Origin: Myxococcota bacterium
GTDB taxonomy: Bacteria; Myxococcota_A; UBA796; SXON01
Assembly: GCA_040386535.1 (NCBI GenBank)
Contig: JAZKFH010000032.1
Span: forward strand, 307,607-321,166
Direction of reading: 5' to 3'
DNA: 13,560 bases
Positions within the stretch are counted from its first letter, which is position 1. The number at the start of each line of letters is the position of its first letter. This document shows, one piece after another, positions 9,929 to 13,560 of the stretch. The notes below the pieces were generated by a model. That model made no database searches, was not told the DNA's origin, and saw only the letters and a list, made by a program, of their open reading frames with translations. The translations under genes were made by a program, and so were the position numbers.

Positions 9929-10846
9929 GTGAAGTTCACGAAGCCCGCCCTGACGATCGACGACCAGGTCGACCTGCTCTTCGCCCGCGGAATGACTGGG
10001 CACCGCGAGCGCATGCTCCGACGGCTTCGGCACGTCAACTATTACCGGCTCAGCGCCTACTGGCACACCTTTCGGGCGCCCGGCTCCGAGTCATTCCTCG
10101 ACGGGACCGACTTCGAGGAGGTCTGGGGGCGGTATGTGTTCGACCGCCAACTCCGCCTGCTCGTGATGAACGCGCTCGAACGGGTAGAGGTCTCCCTTCG
10201 CGCGCGCCTGGCCTGCGAACACGCGACACGATTCGGGCCCTTCGGGTACGCCTGCGACCCGAAAACGATTTTCGAGCACGACTCTTTCAAGCGCGCCGAA
10301 TTCTTCCAGCGTCTGGACAAGGACCTGACCCAGAGCGGACGTGAGCCCTTTCTCCAGCACTTCAAGGAGAAGTACGGAGACCAGCACGATCGCCCGCCCG
10401 TCTGGGTCGCGGCGGAGGTCCTGAGCTTCGGCGGCTTGGTATCGATGTTTCGCGGCAGCCCCAACGCGGTCCAGAAAGAGGTAGCCAAGGACTTCGGCGC
10501 GCCCGCCGTCGTCTTCGAGTCCTGGTTGCTCGTGCTGAATGCGGTCCGCAACGTCTGCGCCCACCACGGTCGGCTCTGGAACCGCACTCTTGGCCTTCAG
10601 CCGAAGTTCCCGAGGATCGACGTCAACAAGGACTGGCACACACCCGTATCGGTTGGGAAAGACAAGGCTTTCGGGACTCTCACGATCCTCGCGCATTGCC
10701 TGGGCGTCACCTCGCCGGGCACCCAGTGGGCACACCGGCTCGCGAGCCTGCTCGACAGCCACCCGAACATCCCAAAGCGGTACCTGGGGATCCCGGAGAA
10801 CTGGCGCGAGTGTCCAATCTGGGCGAGGTTGCTCGCGAACGAATAG
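9929..10846 (+). CDS. Abi family (Abi_2, AbiD/AbiF-like) HEPN ribonuclease, abortive infection protein (305 aa)
   Basis: GTG at 9929 gives MKFTKPALTIDDQVDLL..RGM, the typical family N-terminus. Further motifs: VNYYRLSAYW, Y.FDRQLR, ALERVEVSLR, PPVWV..E.LSFG and the HEPN RX4H motif RNVCAH (10547-10564). Confidence 0.92.
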   Translation: MKFTKPALTIDDQVDLLFARGMTGHRERMLRRLRHVNYYRLSAYWHTFRAPGSESFLDGTDFEEVWGRYVFDRQLRLLVMNALERVEVSLRARLACEHATRFGPFGYACDPKTIFEHDSFKRAEFFQRLDKDLTQSGREPFLQHFKEKYGDQHDRPPVWVAAEVLSFGGLVSMFRGSPNAVQKEVAKDFGAPAVVFESWLLVLNAVRNVCAHHGRLWNRTLGLQPKFPRIDVNKDWHTPVSVGKDKAFGTLTILAHCLGVTSPGTQWAHRLASLLDSHPNIPKRYLGIPENWRECPIWARLLANE

Positions 10847-10886
10847 CCCGCCCCTCCCACCCAAGCCAGCACGCGCTCGCCGACCA

Positions 10887-12173
10887 TCACCGCCCGAACA
10901 GCCGAGCCCAGAACCCCTTCTTCGGGGGTGGCTCGGGCGGCGGCACCGGCGGGCCGGCCGCGGTGTCGTCGGCGGGCGCGCGGGCCACGCCCACCACGGC
11001 GCCGTCCTGGACGAGGAACACCTCGCCGCTGATGCGGTCCTGGGGCGACGCCTCGTCGTGCTGGCGGGCCATCAAGCCGAGGAACACCCCGGAGGTCTCC
11101 GGCGGCACGAGCCCGGCGTGGAGCCAGAGCCGCCCCTTGGCGGGCACGCCGGCGAGCAGGAGCTTTGATCCCAGCCGCTCGGCCTGGCTCCGCAGGAACG
11201 CCGGGTCGAAGAGCTTCTCGGCCGCGTAGTAGCTCCCGGACACCACGAGCGCGTGGAGCGGACCGGCGCGAACCTCCTCGACGCTCACTTCGAGCCGCTC
11301 GATGTTGCGCTGGGCCTGCGCCGCCACCCGCGCGATCTCCGCCGCGTCCTGGGTGGGCGGGATGGACTTCACGCTCGTCGGCAGGTCGATCGCGACGGCC
11401 AGGATCGGCATGTTGTCCATCTTCGAGAGGAACGGGAGGGTCAGCGCCATGCCGACGCCGGGCCAGTCGTGCGAGCGGAGGTGGAACATGACATCCCCTT
11501 CCGGCGCGTCGTGGTCGGCGAGCATGCCGAGGAGCCGCGAGGGGCGCTCGGTGCCGTCCTCACCGAGGAAACGTTCGGTCCGCCCGAAGACGTTGAGCAG
11601 CGTGCCGTGGACGTCCACCCGGTACGGGATCATGGACGAGAGCTCGGTGTCCGCCCGGAGGTGGGCGGTGTAGCCCGCGCGGATGACGACGAGCGTCGCC
11701 GCGCCGAGCTCGACCACGCCCCGCCAGAACGTGTCCTGGTCCTCGCCTTCCGCGGCGAGCACGCGCCCGCGGACCAGGTCCTCCAATGCTTCGAGCCCCG
11801 ACGGGTCCGAGGCGAACGCATGGGCGGCGAGTGCGCCGCGACCGATGCGTTCGAGCGCGGCCTCCACGGCGGCGTCGGCGGCGCCGTCGTCGCGCGCGGG
11901 GGGCTCGGGCGCGGACCCGATCCCCGCCTCCAGCTCGGCGCCGAGCTGCGCCGCGAAGGCCGCGTACGCAGCCGGCGGCGCGTGCATGTGCGCGAAGCGT
12001 ACGCGCCCGGCCTGCGCGGTGCGGAGGGGGTTGCGCGCGCGCGAGGCGGCGAAGACCACGCTCATGTCGAGGTCCGCGGCGATCTCGTCGGCCTCGCGGT
12101 GGTCGGTCTGGATGGCGACCTTCCCGCCGTCCATCTCGGCGACGAGGTCCATGGAGGAGAGGGAGGCGTACAC
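10887..12173 (-). CDS. Hypothetical multidomain protein with a DUF1444-like C-terminal region and an amphipathic tail KKGFWARLFGR
   Basis: 428-aa ORF with GGAG upstream of the GTG and normal codon bias. GSYYAAEKLFDPAFL...LLAGVPAKGRL...ISGEVF resembles DUF1444-type domains; this resemblance is tentative. Confidence 0.7.
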   Translation of the reverse strand: MYASLSSMDLVAEMDGGKVAIQTDHREADEIAADLDMSVVFAASRARNPLRTAQAGRVRFAHMHAPPAAYAAFAAQLGAELEAGIGSAPEPPARDDGAADAAVEAALERIGRGALAAHAFASDPSGLEALEDLVRGRVLAAEGEDQDTFWRGVVELGAATLVVIRAGYTAHLRADTELSSMIPYRVDVHGTLLNVFGRTERFLGEDGTERPSRLLGMLADHDAPEGDVMFHLRSHDWPGVGMALTLPFLSKMDNMPILAVAIDLPTSVKSIPPTQDAAEIARVAAQAQRNIERLEVSVEEVRAGPLHALVVSGSYYAAEKLFDPAFLRSQAERLGSKLLLAGVPAKGRLWLHAGLVPPETSGVFLGLMARQHDEASPQDRISGEVFLVQDGAVVGVARAPADDTAAGPPVPPPEPPPKKGFWARLFGR

Positions 12174-12510
12174 GGGGGCTCCGGGGGCTGCCTACCGTAG
12201 CAGCCGGCGGCGCGCTCGGCAGGTGGGCGGCGGCGGTGACGGTGGAGGGGGGCGCCGCCGGCCGCTTCCAGTTCCACGGGCTGCGGTTCGGGCCACGCGT
12301 GGCTGTGTCCGGGGGACGGGTGAGTAGGCGACGGGACGATCCCACATCCTCTCACTTCGGACGGTGGAACGGGTTCGCCACCCTCCCCCAACACCGGCTT
12401 CGAGCCCTTCTGCAACCGGACCGACGGTCGTAAGCCCGTCGTAAGATCCGAGGGCAATTCGCTCGGACGCCGACAAACACGTTGGCGGGACGCGCATGCG
12501 CACGTTCGTC

Positions 12511-12540
12511 TTGACTCAGAAGCGACCGGTATCCTACCAT
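12511..12540 (+). promoter_or_regulatory. Sigma70-type promoter for the RTX-repeat gene
   Basis: TTGACT (12511-12516), 18 bp, TACCAT (12535-12540), in a less GC-rich intergenic region. Confidence 0.6.
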
Positions 12541-12651
12541 GCAGTTGCGCGTCCGGACTTCCGTTCGGCCGCGCAACCGCAACAAAACGAGTAGACTCCT
12601 ACGCTTTGCCATTGTGGCTGGCGTCGCGCTGCCCTCTCCAGGACCGAACCC

Positions 12652-13503
12652 ATGCTCCTCCTCGCTCTCGCCCTCGTGAACTTGTCCCATGCCGACGAAT
12701 GCGCCTCCACCGATGCGCCGGACCCGGTGGACGACGACCCCTGTTCGGACGTGTGCATCATGACCAACGCCGGTTCCGACTTCTCCATCGAGTGTGACAT
12801 CTCCACCGCGACCGGCACCACGGACGGCCACGTCTACGCGATGCACCGCTACGACGCCTCCTCCAAGGAGTACACGTTCTGGGGCCAGACCGCCGACAAC
12901 GACGACTTCTGCTGCGCGTTCGACGAGCCGTCGTCGTTCCCCGAGCGCATGGTGGAGATCACGATCAACGGTGGGGCGGGCGACGACGTGCTGATGTTGT
13001 CGGATTCCACCAGCACGTACTCGATGGACCAGGCGCTGGTGGTCAACGTCTACGGGAATGAGGGAATGGACTTCATCATGGGGACCTCCGACCGGACCGA
13101 CCACGAGTACAACCTCTACGGGGGAGACGACAACGACACCATCGAGTGCCGCGAAGACGCCTGCTACGTGGAGGGCGGCTCGGATCACGACGTCATCACC
13201 GGCAGCGACCAGGGCGACATCATCTACGGTGACAACGCGGGCGTGGTCGGTGGAAGCTACGACTACATCAGCGGAAAGGACGAGACCGACTACCTGTACG
13301 GTCAGGGCGGCAACGACATCATCTGCGGCGGCAGCCTGAACGACTACCTCTATGGCGAGTCCGGACTGGACATCTTGTGGGGGGCCGGGGGCAGCCCGGA
13401 CTACGCGCACGGCGGCACGGGCCCCAGCAACGACAAGTGCGGCGCCGAGTCCGTGTTCGAGTGTGAGGCCGTCCAGACGACGATTCCGTCGGAATGCCCC
13501 TGA
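12652..13503 (+). CDS. Secreted Cys-rich calcium-binding protein with hemolysin-type (RTX) GGxGxDxL repeats
   Basis: AGGA at 12640-12643; signal peptide MLLLALALVNLSHA. Repeats: GGAGDDVL, GNEGMDFI, GGDDNDTI, GGSDHDVI, GSDQGDII, GKDETDYL, GQGGNDII, GGSLNDYL, GESGLDIL. Confidence 0.9.
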   Translation: MLLLALALVNLSHADECASTDAPDPVDDDPCSDVCIMTNAGSDFSIECDISTATGTTDGHVYAMHRYDASSKEYTFWGQTADNDDFCCAFDEPSSFPERMVEITINGGAGDDVLMLSDSTSTYSMDQALVVNVYGNEGMDFIMGTSDRTDHEYNLYGGDDNDTIECREDACYVEGGSDHDVITGSDQGDIIYGDNAGVVGGSYDYISGKDETDYLYGQGGNDIICGGSLNDYLYGESGLDILWGAGGSPDYAHGGTGPSNDKCGAESVFECEAVQTTIPSECP

Positions 13504-13560
13504 GATCTGACGTTTGATCACTTCAGGGGAATTCCGAGCCCCTTCCGAGCGTTCTCCAGT

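Noticed and set aside
12230..12433. Possible small + strand gene remnant (VTVEGGAAGRFQFHGLRFGP...)
   Set aside because: No convincing RBS, codon bias or recognisable motif; it cannot be supported.

Overview
A very GC-rich bacterial window. The Asp-Thr-repeat lipoproteins, the CotH lipoprotein and the secreted RTX-repeat protein suggest a Myxococcota-like organism, but that is inference only. In order, the window holds: the 3' end of a Pro/Ala-rich low-complexity gene; a ~190-bp intergenic element of four inverted sub-repeats; a DT-repeat lipoprotein; a translationally coupled pair (a GYF_2-domain protein and a small protein) that appear to be distant paralogues; a second lipoprotein with 13 DTD(S/T)Y(P/E)-type repeats, convergent with a CotH-family kinase lipoprotein; a K+-dependent membrane pyrophosphatase with unusual motif substitutions; a PmtA-like methyltransferase; a DedA/VTT membrane protein; an Abi_2/AbiF-like HEPN gene preceded by a promoter and a small structured RNA candidate (putative type III toxin-antitoxin); a hypothetical protein ending in a MinD-like amphipathic tail; and a Sec-exported Cys-rich RTX Ca-binding protein. 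I recognised no tRNA, rRNA, CRISPR array, integrase or transposase. All family calls come from motif recognition by eye; no searches were run.
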